From contig CM120645.1 of the NCBI GenBank assembly GCA_051362555.1, positions 434,001 to 498,000 on the forward strand: 64,000 nt of DNA, in the 5' to 3' direction. Within the stretch, counting starts at the first letter, position 1; each line of letters starts with the position of its first letter. Shown piece by piece: positions 13,679 through 25,832 of this stretch. The position numbers and the translations under genes were made by a program. This DNA comes from Lingula anatina (lineage: Eukaryota > Animalia > Brachiopoda). The notes below the pieces were generated by a model. It did no database searches. It had not been told where the DNA came from and saw nothing but the letters and a program-made list of their open reading frames with translations.

Positions 13679-13709
<31 letters not shown>

Positions 13710-16700
13710 GAAGAAGAAGAACTTTGTAAAAAATGTGAAAAAATAAGTTAAAAAGAATGAAATTACAGATTTTTACATAAAAATTGGAAAGGAATGTCAT
13801 CAATGAAATATTAAGTTACTTGTGCATTGTGAAATTCATTTAGTGTTATTGTTTACTATAAATGTCTTCACACAGAGAGTTGCTGATACTATATCATTAT
13901 TCTGTGTACCTTATTTAGTCTTGTCAGGCTCAACTCTGCAAATGTCTGTTGTGAAAAAGCAGGTCCTGAATCTGGGATTGGACTTTTATATTTCCCCCTG
14001 TCATACTTAAAGATGAAAAAAATATACTTTTCAAAACACAGAAAAACAATAATTGTAGCAGCTGTTGTGGTATGTGACAATAAGACAAAACATCGGCATT
14101 ATTTTCCTATTGTTTTTTTGTAAAAACTGAAGATCCTGAAACGTAGTTTGCAATTTCTCATCGCAAAATGAAGACTGCAGTCTGTTCCTGAAATCAGGCA
14201 TAATCATGACTTTAAAGGATTCACATTTTTCATCAAATACTGAAAAACCATCACAAAGATGTAGCTGAAAATTAAATGCTCAATATCTTACTCAACAGAA
14301 GAAACATGCAGTTGCATGCTCTAATATGAGCCAAACTATGCACTCAACATCACAGATGTCAATGTTTTTGAAAAACTCACCTTATACCTTTGTATCACAG
14401 AATTTGAATCATCAAAAACATCACTCCTCTGTTTTGTAGTGGAAATATACTTAAACCTTGGCACAGTCTCATCTTGATTCTCATCGCCATCTTCATCTAA
14501 ATGTGACTGCCTGTCTTTTCCTTTATAGTTTATAACTCCATTCATTCTACTTTGTGTAGGTTTTGTGTGGAATTTGTAAGTTTCTTCAAACTTGTCCTTC
14601 CAAAATGGACGGTTTTCTATGTGCGAGTATTGGGTGGCCCTGTCCTCTATTGTATAGGTGGCCTGGTCTTTTTGGTTGGCTTTGGCATTGGAATGTTTTG
14701 ATCTTCAGGGAAAAGGAAATGAAAAAAAGTCAACAAATTGTATTTGGGTTGTCCTTTCTTTTAATCCACTTATTTTAAAATGGTGATCATGGATTGTAAG
14801 TTCCAGAAGAGAAATAAGTAATATTCTTATGAGATTGTTAGATTCTACACTAGTCTAGTTTACACCACAAACAATACCTGTCTATTGCTGCAGATTACTT
14901 GTGAAACCAGAAAAACCTTCACTCAAGTAAAATTTACAAATCTTCCTAGCACAAAATTCACAGGACAAACGACATAAATATTCAAGGAATTAAAAAGAGA
15001 TTATATGAAAACCCAAGTGCAAAATTAGTTTTGAGTATACAGAAGGCAGCAAAGGATGGATTTCATTAAGACAAAATCACTGAATGCTCCATCATGTGCT
15101 GCCCTCTACAGTTCAAATTAGTGACTATACTTGTGCTTTTTTCTGTGCTTTGGTCTTGCAGCAGCTGCCTGGAGGTAGTATGGGACTGGAGGGGGTGGTG
15201 GGTACACCATGGAGGGTATGGGGTAGACTGCAGGGTATGGATATGGGTATGGCTGAGGATAAGGGTACTGGTAGGGTACAGGGAACACCTGGGGGTGGGG
15301 CTCGTACCCGTGGGAGCGGGGCTCGTAGCCATCACTGTCATCACCCCAGCTATCCGTAGAAGGAGACCTGTAAGAGTAGTGTGCACGTGGCAATGATACA
15401 TGGGCATGCACGCATGCATGCATGCACATGCACACAGTGTAGATACTAGCTTTGTTATGCTTCACTTTGAGTGTTACCTTTGCTGTACAGTGATGTATTA
15501 GTATATCAATAATGCTAGCAGCCACATGACAGGAATGGTACAAACTAAGGCACTACATGTATGTTTAATGAAGATTGTTTTCCTACTGGGTGTATTACAG
15601 TGTTAGCAGCAAACTGTTAAAATAATGCAAACAGAAATTAAAAAATATATATAAAAACTACATTATTAAAAGCAAACATTAAAAGTATAAACTAATGATT
15701 TTTATTGAATAAGTATGCTGGTTATAAAGTCAAAAATGTACAAAAACAAAAGTGTAAAGAATAAAGTTATAATAAGTGAAATAATAAAAAACAGAAAAAC
15801 AAAAACAAAAAAAAACATTACAATACATTTACAATACAATACAATACAATACAATACAATACAATACAATACAATACAATACAATACAATACCTGAATAT
15901 CAAGCATCATGCTGCATATGGTAACATTGCAATATACAGTAATAATTACCACAGAAACAAGAACACATTATACCAACATATATCTATACTAAGGTCTATT
16001 TACTTTCCTAACATTATCATGCTTTTGATTGGAAAATTTATAATAAACCTAAATTAAATTTACAATTCTTATTGATGTCCATTAATCCATTATCTACAAA
16101 TTAAAAATAAATAAGCAAATTTATCAAAATGGAAAAAGTGAGGGACTCCCTTTCCACTTAGAAATGATCCATATTTTGTAACCTTCACAGACTAGATTGA
16201 GTTCACTGCCTTGTTAAGCGTCAGTAAAATGATCTCCTACAAAAAGACATACCTCTCATATGCCTCTTGGCGGGGTCCAACAGGTGGCACCACACCATAC
16301 CTGCTGCCTCTTAACACTGGACTCTGTCTGTACTGGTCATGGTCAGGAGGAGTGTCCAGTCTGGAAAGGTTAGTTGACCACTATGATTTATATTTCGATT
16401 ATGTTCTACATGTACTATATACGTACATGTATGTAGAAAAATTTATATTGATAAGAGCATGATGCTGTGATGGTTTGTAATAAGCACTAATCAATTTCTT
16501 AATTAATATAGTCACATTTTATCATCAAGTTTATGTGTTTTTCATATAGTGATTAGTACAGTCTTGTTTTGAGATACATGTACGTGTGGAAGACAGCACG
16601 ACTGGTTCAGAGTCAAGGCAAATGATTGATAAAGTCATGGGGTGAGATATGTGTCAAGGCAAATGATTGGTCAACCTTGGTAGAAGAGCAGGTGGTGTCC

Positions 16701-17251
16701 TGGTCTGCCTGGGATCATATCCCTTCCTCTTTGACGTTCCTGCAGAGTGGCGTCTGGGCTGGTGTTCCTGTGCCTCTGCCAACTGCTCGCGGATCCTTCT
16801 CAAACTAACAACAAATAAACAACAAATAAACAACAACTATAAACCATGAAGTGGATGACAGCACTCTATATGTATTTCTTTCATTAATATTTCATATGCA
16901 CACCATAAACACTTTAGATAAACACATGAACTCTGCAGTTTGAAGGTTGTTTGAAAAAAAAATTCCTAAAATCATACTTTCAGATTTACCCATTATGGTT
17001 TTTGAAAGTTTTAAGATAATTAGTAGTTCAAAAAATAATGACAACGATCACGTTGGCAGTTGCATTGCATTAAAGACGAGTATTCATAAATAAAATGACA
17101 CCCAGAATGTGTTTGCAGGAAAAAGTATTTCATATTTCACTAGATTCTGCGACTTGGTGAGTACTTCATCTTTACACAAATTAACACATATATTTTCACG
17201 TTACCTGTCACTTTGCTCATTCCACGTTTGTTCCTGTCTCGTTTGAGACAT
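10146..17251 (-). CDS. Uncharacterised ~590-aa protein (Pro/Tyr-rich N-terminal half, acidic helical C-terminal half)
   Basis: Exons 17205-17251, 16676-16804, 16253-16360, 15131-15367, 14381-14702, 13527-13664, 13137-13246, 12667-12871, 12271-12414, 10885-11005, 10526-10638, 10146-10241. All GT-AG, and the frame stays open throughout (589 aa). The gene could instead splice at 10150 to a terminal exon 9819-9840 (SALKPSR*). No family recognised. Confidence 0.8.
10257..10397. repeat. 25-bp intronic minisatellite (~5.6 copies)
   Basis: Unit TGTGTTAGATGTGACAGCCTTACAT repeated with few substitutions. Confidence 0.85.
10956..11890. repeat. 93-bp tandem repeat (9 copies plus 1 degenerate) duplicating splice acceptor and exon start
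   Basis: TACTCTAAACACATAG starts at 10956, 11049, 11142, 11235, 11328, 11421, 11514, 11607 and 11700, with a decayed copy near 11816. On the - strand each unit carries ctgtatttgtag|GTAGCCAAATAT. Confidence 0.95.
12078..12241. mobile_element. Short MITE-like element
   Basis: Terminal inverted repeat CAGGCCCATAGCCA ... TGGCTATGGGCTG with internal G/C runs. No ORF. Confidence 0.55.
15831..15892. repeat. (AATAC)n pentanucleotide microsatellite
   Basis: Read directly. It explains the YCIVL-repeat pseudo-ORF. Confidence 0.9.
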
Positions 17252-17708
17252 TATTTGTTCCAAATGCAGTCACCAGAAAGAAGAAAGTAGATTACATTTT
17301 GCTAGAAACCACTTTTGTTTACATCTTTCTCCTCCATCTTGAATTGCGTTACCAAAGCGAGGCGATATGGGCTAGGCTGCAAACGAGAGCATGTACCTCG
17401 AGGGACACAAATGGTTATTTTCAGGCATTAAAACTGAAATTTAGAGTATAATAAAATTAAAAATACGCCACAAATACTACTTATGATCAATGTTAGAGAC
17501 AAAATTATCGAGAATTATACAATTTGTGTGTTTTAAGCTTAGCACCCAGGCACAGATAGCACGGACGCTCTGTGGAATACAGCACCATCGTTTGTTTCCT
17601 GTTGCACAAGAGCATGAAATTGATTTCTCAGTCATAAATTTTAGACCTTATTTAAATAAACCAAATATTTAATTGTCCATTTTCACGATTTAACACGGAC
17701 ATGTCAAA
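17252..17708. promoter_or_regulatory. Probable bidirectional promoter between gene 2 (-) and the dioxygenase (+)
   Basis: Divergent start codons at 17251 (-) and 17709 (+) are separated by only ~460 bp, and CpG is locally more frequent. Confidence 0.6.
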
Positions 17709-20700
17709 ATGTCAGAGGAGGTTTTTATACCTAAAGAAGAAGAGAATGTCTACCAGAAAGGTGAAGACGAAAAAATTTTGACAAATATGAAACTGAAAGT
17801 CGCCTCGGACGATTCCAAGCCTCGTTCCCTCACACGATCGGAGATACTTGATTTTGGAAGCGAAGGATTCTTGCTGCACGGTATACTCTCGCAGCAAGAA
17901 TGTCAAGAATATATTCAAGAGTTTGAAAATGAGGGTTTTGGGGCCATACGTGAACTTGTGAAGAATAATTACCGAAGTTGTGAAAGGTACCGAGTTTCAT
18001 ATTCTTGTAGCTGCATGCATCGATATACTAGTATACACATAGCATGAATAGTTTACAAATTATTAAAAGAATGGCCCGGGGAAATGGATGGGTTACATTA
18101 AGAGATGCTGTAAATATATAATCATGGGGGCGTCTCAATATTACGAATTAAGGTTCATTGGTCCGAATTAAGGTTCATTGGTCCGAATTAAGGTTCATTG
18201 GTCCGAAAAGTGGTAACATTTTCTTCTTTTTTTTAATCAAGGGTTCATTGGTCCGAAGGTTCTATAGTGAACATTCGGACCAATGAATCTTCAGACTGTT
18301 GCTACGGCCCCATTATCATCAGGTGAACACAAGAATGCTTCAGTATGTAAGTTATAGCTACTAGTACATATGTACATGTATACTGTGTACACAAACTTTA
18401 AATATAACTTATACAATGTACAAGTTATTGTAGCTATACTAGTAAACATCTTCCAAACAACTTCATTCGAACCTTTGAAAGTGTTTTTTTTTTTTCAACT
18501 TAAAGTTTTTTTAACTGTAATGTTCATGATCATTTATCACTGAAATCCGTTGACTCATATGTTTTTTAGACAGACTCAAGTTTCGTATATGAATCTTTAG
18601 TAATTAATAACTGAGCTGTTTGTACTGGTAATGTTAACACAGGGTACCTTGTATATTGCAGACTATTGGTACAGTCCTCTGCCCTGGCCTCTCATCTCTG
18701 GGACACCATCAAGACACACGTGGAGGAGATTGAGATTCACGGAGACCCACATCTGCAGCACATCCATGGAATAAAGCAGGCATTGCAAGGGCGCTGGAAG
18801 CCTTATGGTCTCAATGAGGTATGAAGACAATGTCACATGTATTTACTGACAAGTATTGTTTAAGTTTTATTCATGTATTTGTGTTTATCCCTCAATAAAA
18901 TAATTTCCTAGGGCAGTCCAGTTTATTATAAAATGTCCTCTAAATATTGTATACCTCTGCACATATTATTTTTACATTTCTTAAAATTTTGTCCACCATC
19001 TGCCACCTATAGAGTTATATATGCTACTTTCAATAGGTATTTCCTCCAGTTTGTACAATTTGTGTATAATAACTTATTCTTAAAATGAAAAATCACTTTC
19101 TTATGTCTCTGAAAAATTAATTAGCACTTGATGTACATTGAAGTGAAGGTCTATAGATTATAGATATTAACCTGTTACAGTAGCTGTGAAACTACTGGTA
19201 ATGTACTGGAACAATTTTGTACAATTTCAGCTCTTCAGAATCTGCAAGTATCAGCCAGGGGGTCATTTTGCTCCTCATTTTGATGGTCATTTTGTGTCCA
19301 GTTCTGAGAAGAGGTCAATGAAGACATTCATGATTTACTTAAATGATGACTTTACAGGAGGAACAACTAACTTTGTGGACGAATCACAACAACTGCACAT
19401 GGTAAGATCGCTTTGAGGAATTTTGTTTGTAGGATCCATGGGCACACACATGGGAATAACAAATATGTTGATCCTGCAAAATAAAATATACCTGAAAAAC
19501 ACTTTTCATATCTAACTGCTGCCTATTTCCCTCCTCCCCCAACTCTTACCCCCTCCCCAGGGTCTTCCTCTCTTGAATGTAATTCAGTGTTTATCACAGT
19601 AATACAGATTTACTCACCAGAATTAATTAATTAATTAATTTATTTATTTATTTATTTATTTATTTATCAACATCTTAATTACAACTTTTTTCCATTACAA
19701 GCTAGGTCGATATATATTACAATCTTAAACTTATGCCAGCGGTTATGTTTTCTCCCAGGATTCCAGCGGCAAATATTGCGCCGAGGAGAAAAACGTGATC
19801 CATCGCGTCCAGCCAGAAACGGGCATGGCCATCATCTTCAACCATCAACGCTTGCATGAGGGGGAGAGAATTAAGTAAGTAACTCATGTAACAAATGCTT
19901 TTTTTTTGTCTTCTGCCACGTTGTTTATCTGATGTCTAGTAGATTGGTTTATCTGGGCATTTGATATTTCTCAGATGATGTACAATAGTTTAGTTTCATA
20001 TAAAATATACGGCCAGAAAAGTGGACATTCAAAATGAAAATTATGTTTTTAGTAAAACATAATGAAGGCTATAAGTTTTCCAACTTACGGAGATAAATAT
20101 TGCGAAAAATCAACAATAAAAGAAAACAATATGACACTAGGGTCTAAGAATTCAAATCTGGTCCAATGCAAACATACTGACCAGGAACTGGACAGGCGTG
20201 TTGGTAAATTAAAGTTGACTGGCCCAGCCTCAGTTTTAGTCACTTTTGGCTTGGCATTAGTATATTTATCAGCCATAGACTGGAGTGATGGCCGATTCAG
20301 AATACTTTCTAATGGAGGGAATTGTTCAAGTTTTTGACACATTCCTGTTGTTTGTATCTGTAGGTCAGGAGTGAAGTACATCATGAGGACAGATATCATG
20401 TATCACAGGGTCGAGAAGATGGCAGCTAGCGAGCAGGACGAGATGGCCATTCAGCTTCTACAGGAAGCAGAAAGATTGGAGGTCAGTTGAAAATATCTTA
20501 AGGCAATATCTTAAGTAAATTGCTCTTTTTTTACAACCCTCCCAACCCTCCCAACCCTCTCTTTATTGTACCACCAGCGTAGGCGCTGGCGGTACACATG
20601 GTTTTAGTCCCGACCCGTATGTTCCGCCGGCTCCTGCGGCTCCTGCGGCTCCGCCGGCTCCTGCGGCTCCGCCGCCAAGTCACCGTTACCGTTTCTCCTC

Positions 20701-23700
20701 CTAGACGGTAAGGGCCTCCATACCCATCTCTTGGATTTAGGTCACCTATAATCTCAACTCGTTCCACGTAAAATTTGGGCTTTGTCGGTATTGGGGTCTA
20801 GGTGTGGCACTCATTGCAATGCACCCTTGTCCAAAAATGGCAAAATTAAATGCTAATTATCTCCCCTATGGAAGGAATTATGGGAAAAATTTCTACAGAC
20901 AGCTTTCCAAAAGTCATATGTATAGATTTCAAATATGCCCTTGGATTTGACCTTTGACCTTTATTTCAAGGTCAAACGGGCCAAAATTTTCAAAAAAACA
21001 AAATTTTTGCCGAAAAAAAAATTATTTGCGGTCTTATTCAGACACCACACAGACTTAACTAATAATATTAATGGAAAGTGTTACCCTTCGGGTCATCTTT
21101 CATCTCCGTGAATTTGGGGTCAATCGGTGCATTTTCACGGGAGTAGCGGCCATAAGATATCGAAACTGAAAACTGTCTCTAATTCGGGAACCGTTAATGC
21201 TAGACACCCATTCTTTTTTGCATTTTGTAGAGCATGTAAAGCCCAACACTGGAGGTGGTCTCCGTTTTTTTGTATTCCATACGGTTTTCGAGTTACGCTG
21301 TATCAAAAAGTACATATTGGTGGTGAAAGCAAAATGTGCAGTACGGTAATGGATAATAAATTTTGAACTCTGGAAAAATAAAACATAAGGCTTGGCAAAG
21401 CAGACAACTTGTGGTCAAAAATGACATTATTTCATCAAATTTGAACTTCTGGAACTTCAGAGAACCTCCCATTTCAAGAATTTTGACCAAAATGACCTTT
21501 TCTTTATTTTAATTAATTTTTTCTGTAGGAAATTTATGGCACATTATGGTAACTCCAAAATTATAACATTTTGTCCCTTATATCTCCAAAACTGGCAGAG
21601 ATAGGTCCATAGTTACTATTGAAGTTGAATAGGAAGTCATATACTGGCAATCTAAATGTGACCTTTGAAATGACCTTTGACCTACTTTTCACCATGAACT
21701 GAACTTTGCAAATTTTGCTTCCCTTTTATCTCCAAAACTGGCAGAGATAGGTCCATAGTCTCTATTGAACTTGAATAGGAAGTCATATACTGGCAATCTA
21801 AATGTGACCTTAAAATTGACCTTTGACCTACTTTTCACCATGAACTGAACTTTGCAAATTTTGCTTCCCTTTTATCTCCAAAACTGGCAGAGATAGGTCC
21901 ATAGTCTCTATTGAACTTGAATAGGAAGTCATATACTGGCAATCTAAATGTGACCTTAAAATTGACCTTTGACCTACTTTTCACCATGATTTGAACTTTG
22001 CAAATTTTGCTTCCCTTTTATCTCCAAAACTGGCAGAGATAGGTCCATAGTTTCTATTGAACTTGAATAAAAGTCATATACTGGCAATCTACATGTGACC
22101 TTAAAATTGACCTTTGACCTACTTTTCACCATGAACTGAACTTTGCAAATTTTGCTTCCCTTTTATCTCCAAAACTGGCAGAGATAGGTCCATAGTTTCT
22201 ATTGAAGTTGAATAGGAAGTCATATACTGGCAATCTACATGTGACCTTAAAATTGACCTTTGACCTACTTTTCACCATGAACTGAACTTTGCAAATTTTG
22301 CTTCCCTTTTATCTCCAAAACTGGCAGAGATAGGTCCATAGTTTCTATTGAACTTGAATAGGAAGTCATATACTGGCAATCTACATGTGACCTTAAAATT
22401 GACCTTTGACCTACTTTTCACCATGAACTGAACTTTGCAAATTTTGATTCCCTTTTATTTCCAAAACTGGCAGAGATAGGTCCATAGTTACTATTGAAGT
22501 TGAATAGGAAGTCATATACTGGCAATCTTAATGTGACCTTAAAATTGACCTTTGACCTACTTTTCACCAAGAACTGAACTTTGCAAATTTTGCTTCCCTT
22601 TTATCTCCAAAGTTACGCTGTATCAAAAAGTACATATTGGTGGTGAAAGCAAAATGTGCAGTACGGTAATGGATAATAAATTTTGAACTCTGGAAAAATA
22701 AAACATAAGGCTTGGCAAAGCAGACAACTTGTGGTCAAAAATGACATTATTTCATCAAATTTGAACATCTGGAACTTCAGAGCACCTCCCATTTCAAGAA
22801 TTTTGACCAAATGACCTTTTCTTTAATTTAATTAATTTTTTCTGTAGGAAATTTATGGCACATTATGGTAACTCCAAAATTATACCATTTAGTCCCTTAT
22901 ATCTCCAAAACTGGCAGAGATAGGTCCATAGTTACTATTGAAGTTGAATAGGAAGTCATATACTGGCAATCTAAATGTGACCTTAAAATTGACCTTTGAC
23001 CTACTTTTCACCATGAACTGAACTTTGCAAATTTTGCTTCCCTTTTATCTCCAAAACTGGCAGAGATAGGTCCATAGTCTCTATTGAACTTGAATAGGAA
23101 GTCATATACTGGCAATCTACATGTGACCTTAAAATTGACTTTTGACTTACTTTTCACCATGAACTGAACTTTGCAAATTTTGATTCCCCTTTATCTCCAA
23201 AACTGGCAGAGATAGGTCCATAGTCTCTATTGAAGTTGAATAGGAAGTCATATACTGGCAATCTTAAAGTGACCTTAAAATTGACCTTTGACCTACTTTT
23301 CACCATGAACTGAACTTTGCATATTTTGCTTCCCCTTTATCTCCAAAACTGGCAGAGATAGGTCCATAGTTACTATTGAACGTGAATAGGAAGTCATATA
23401 CTGGCAATCTAAGTGTGACCTTGAAATTGACCTTTGACCTACTTATTATCATGAACTGAACTCTGCTAATTTCTTTCTCTTTTAACTCCAAACCTGGCAG
23501 AGATAGGCCCATAGTTTCTATTGAAGTTGAATAGGAAGTCATATACTGGCAATTAACTGTGACCTTGGAATTGACCTTTGACCTACCTTACAATGAACTT
23601 AACTTTGATTGTACCATTTTTAGTTATATATATATTTTTTGCATATTTTGAAAATTCTTGTTGATTGCATTTTTACAGCTTGTCAAGCACAAGACTGGTG

Positions 23701-24015
23701 GCTATGTTCCTTATTTTGTATATGTGGGGGTCTATACGAATGCGCTTGCTCCAGCTGGTGGTACAATATTTAGAGACGGTATCGCCTCTCTGATCCTCTA
23801 GTTCCTCATTCATTTACTAAATTAGTTCAATCTTCTACTCTTTTTCTATCTCTCTTCATTAAGAATCATTTTATTTCCTCTTCCTCATTTTAATCATTTA
23901 CTCATATACATGTACCTGCATTTTTCAGGCTCAAGGAAAATGCGCAGAGGCAGCAGAGCTTTACCGCAAAGCCTTCAAGTTATCACCCGATATAGAAGAC
24001 TCCTTTAAGCCATAG
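17709..24015 (+). CDS. Prolyl 4-hydroxylase alpha-like (P4Hc / 2OG-FeII_Oxy_3) dioxygenase with C-terminal TPR-like helical hairpin, 308 aa
   Basis: Exons 17709-17986, 18662-18818, 19231-19401, 19759-19874, 20364-20481, 23929-24015. Motifs LLHGILSQQEC, RW-KPYGLNE, FRICKYQPGGHFAPHFD (HxD), TFMIYLNDDFTGGTTNF, IIFNH..LHEG (distal His), KYIMRTDIMY. Tail AERLEAQGKCAEAAELYRKAFKLSPDIE. Confidence 0.9.
18126..18311. mobile_element. Non-autonomous DNA element with 20-bp subterminal repeats (foldback/MULE-like)
   Basis: Ends GGGG(G)CGT ... ACGGCCCC. GAATTAAGGTTCATTGGTCC occurs twice in full plus a third near-copy in tandem, a fourth partial copy near 18240 and an inverted copy TTCGGACCAATGAATCTT near 18275. 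Flanks ATAATCAT/ATTATCAT resemble an 8-bp TSD with one mismatch. Confidence 0.6.
20562..23803 (+). mobile_element. Helentron-associated non-autonomous element (HINE/DINE-1-like) with central satellite
   Basis: 5' subTIR TATTGTACCACCAGC (20564) forms a hairpin with the adjacent CGCTGGCGGTACA. A GC-rich microsatellite-like tract (CCGCCGGCT/CCTGCGGCT)n follows. Central 146-bp tandem array. 3' subTIR GCTGGTGGTACAATA (23754-23768), then hairpin AGAGACG-gtat-CGCCTCT and a terminal CTAGTT. It sits in a T-rich site in intron 5 of the dioxygenase gene. Confidence 0.85.
21581..23605. repeat. 146-bp satellite array (~7 + ~5 copies) interrupted by a duplicated ~290-bp unique block
   Basis: Unit starts (TATCTCCAAAACTGG) at 21581, 21727, 21873, 22019, 22164, 22310, 22456, then 22900, 23046, 23192, 23338 and ~23484. 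Block 21291-21580 recurs at 22611-22899. Confidence 0.95.
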
Positions 24016-25832
24016 TCACTTACAATGTACTTCATTACAACTTAATAGATGAGAATTAACTTATTACCAAGCTAGTCAGTCAGCTAGGGCCATGGGGCAG
24101 ATCAAAATTGTATTTACCATTTCTGACCCTCAATAAATAAGATTCTCCTATGCCCCCCCCCCCCCTCCAAGTCAGAGTTACACCAAAGAACGTTACAAAG
24201 TGGCACCTGATCAAAGATAGAAATATAAGATATGTAACTTGTGCATTACATATTGAAGTTTATCATTTATAACTTAAGTTTTTGCTTAGTTGGCAGGGTA
24301 AAGAAAAATAAAATATACTAGGTATCTTGATCCATGCACATTGAGTTTCTTTTATTTTTTTACCCAAGGATATCAATGAGGTCTGGATACCCAGAGTGAA
24401 GTGTTCTTTTTTAAAAATTCCTGGTGGCATTGTGCAAATATTTTTATTGAAAATGTAATAATAAAGATAAAGAATAAGTGCTTTATTGGCAGGACTACTT
24501 CATTCTGTAGTGATGAATAAGAATTCATCTGATGATACAAGCACAACATTATGAAAAAGTTATACATGTAGTGATGTTTTACAGAAAGTAAATGTTATAA
24601 TTACTTGCATAAAATGCTTAAATTAAAATAGTTTGGTAAACTTCATATAATTAACAATACTCATTCAAGTAACACTATAATATTAGAATTTAAGTTAAAA
24701 TTCTTTGTACAATTAACAAAAATAATGGTTTATGTCAACCAATAATTTAGTTTTTACAACATAACGTTTAATCTTGGTAACAAATAAATAAAATGCTGTG
24801 TATTTTCTCATTTTCTTTATTAATGTGGTGAACAATGTTAATTCCTAATTAACAGATATATCAAGATCATGCCACTGGTAATTAACAAACATGTGCAATT
24901 GTCACCCTCCTCACCATGTAGTGACAGGGTAATCAACAGCACATACATGTAAAACAGTAAAGCACTCCAATAGTATCTGTCCTTCTTTTTATAAAAAAAA
25001 AAAACCTTTCTGCAAAATTTGTTATTTTCTTCTTGGGTATTAAAACTTAATTAAAAAGAAAAACCTTCAATCCACTTTTAAATTAGTGTTTAGGTAAGTA
25101 TTACACATTGACTAAAAACAAAGTTGCTTTTAAAATTCTTCAATGTGCACAAAGAGATAAACTGTACATTCAGGTACATGTACTGGTACAAAAACTGTAC
25201 CTATACAATAACATTAAGGTGCTCTGACCTGCCACCTGGTGCAGTGTATATTAACTAGTACTAGCCACTAGTTTGTCATCACATCCCAACTACTGGTATT
25301 AACTATTAAAGCAAAACATTGCAGGTAACAGTAAGCATACTGTATGTATGTTTATTGCCTAAACAAAAAAGCCGCTTTGAAGAAACACTCTTAGAAACTA
25401 AAACAAAACATTATTATTAAGGCCAGTAATATCATTACCAAATTTATGGTCTCTTAAAACTGGCATCCAGCACCATCAAAAGCATTATTCCTATAAATAT
25501 GTAAAAAGTTGCATACAGAATTCTGTATTTATGTCTTCATTTATAATAATAATAATAATAAAACAAGCCCTGGCCAAAACTAACTTTCTAACAGTGTAAA
25601 TTTCAAGTTCCAGTATGTTAAAACTTGAGACAGCAAAGAAATGGTGACAAATAAAAACATGAGAACTTTCAAACTTTGAAGGTTGTTCCTTCTGTCGTTT
25701 TGCACCATATTGCATCAGTTAACATATCATCAATTATCAACCCAAGCACATATTGGCTCCTTTCTTCAACCTCTGCACCTGAATCCATCTGGTTCATGGT
25801 CAGCCCAACTGGACAATGGTCATCTGAAAGGT

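Noticed and set aside
15893-15911. Possible 19-nt micro-exon (cag|CATGATGCTTGATATTCAG|gtattg, - strand)
   Set aside because: It would shift the frame between two phase-2 exons that already join in frame. It is only viable as a poison exon or alternative start, with no support.
20531-20767. ORF with protamine-like RRSRRSRRS repeats
   Set aside because: It is the antisense reading of the 9-bp GC-rich microsatellite inside the HINE 5' end. It has a non-ATG start and no splice support.
21293-22810. Two near-identical 65-aa ORFs on the - strand
   Set aside because: They arise from the duplicated block inside the HINE and show no transposase or Rep/helicase motifs.
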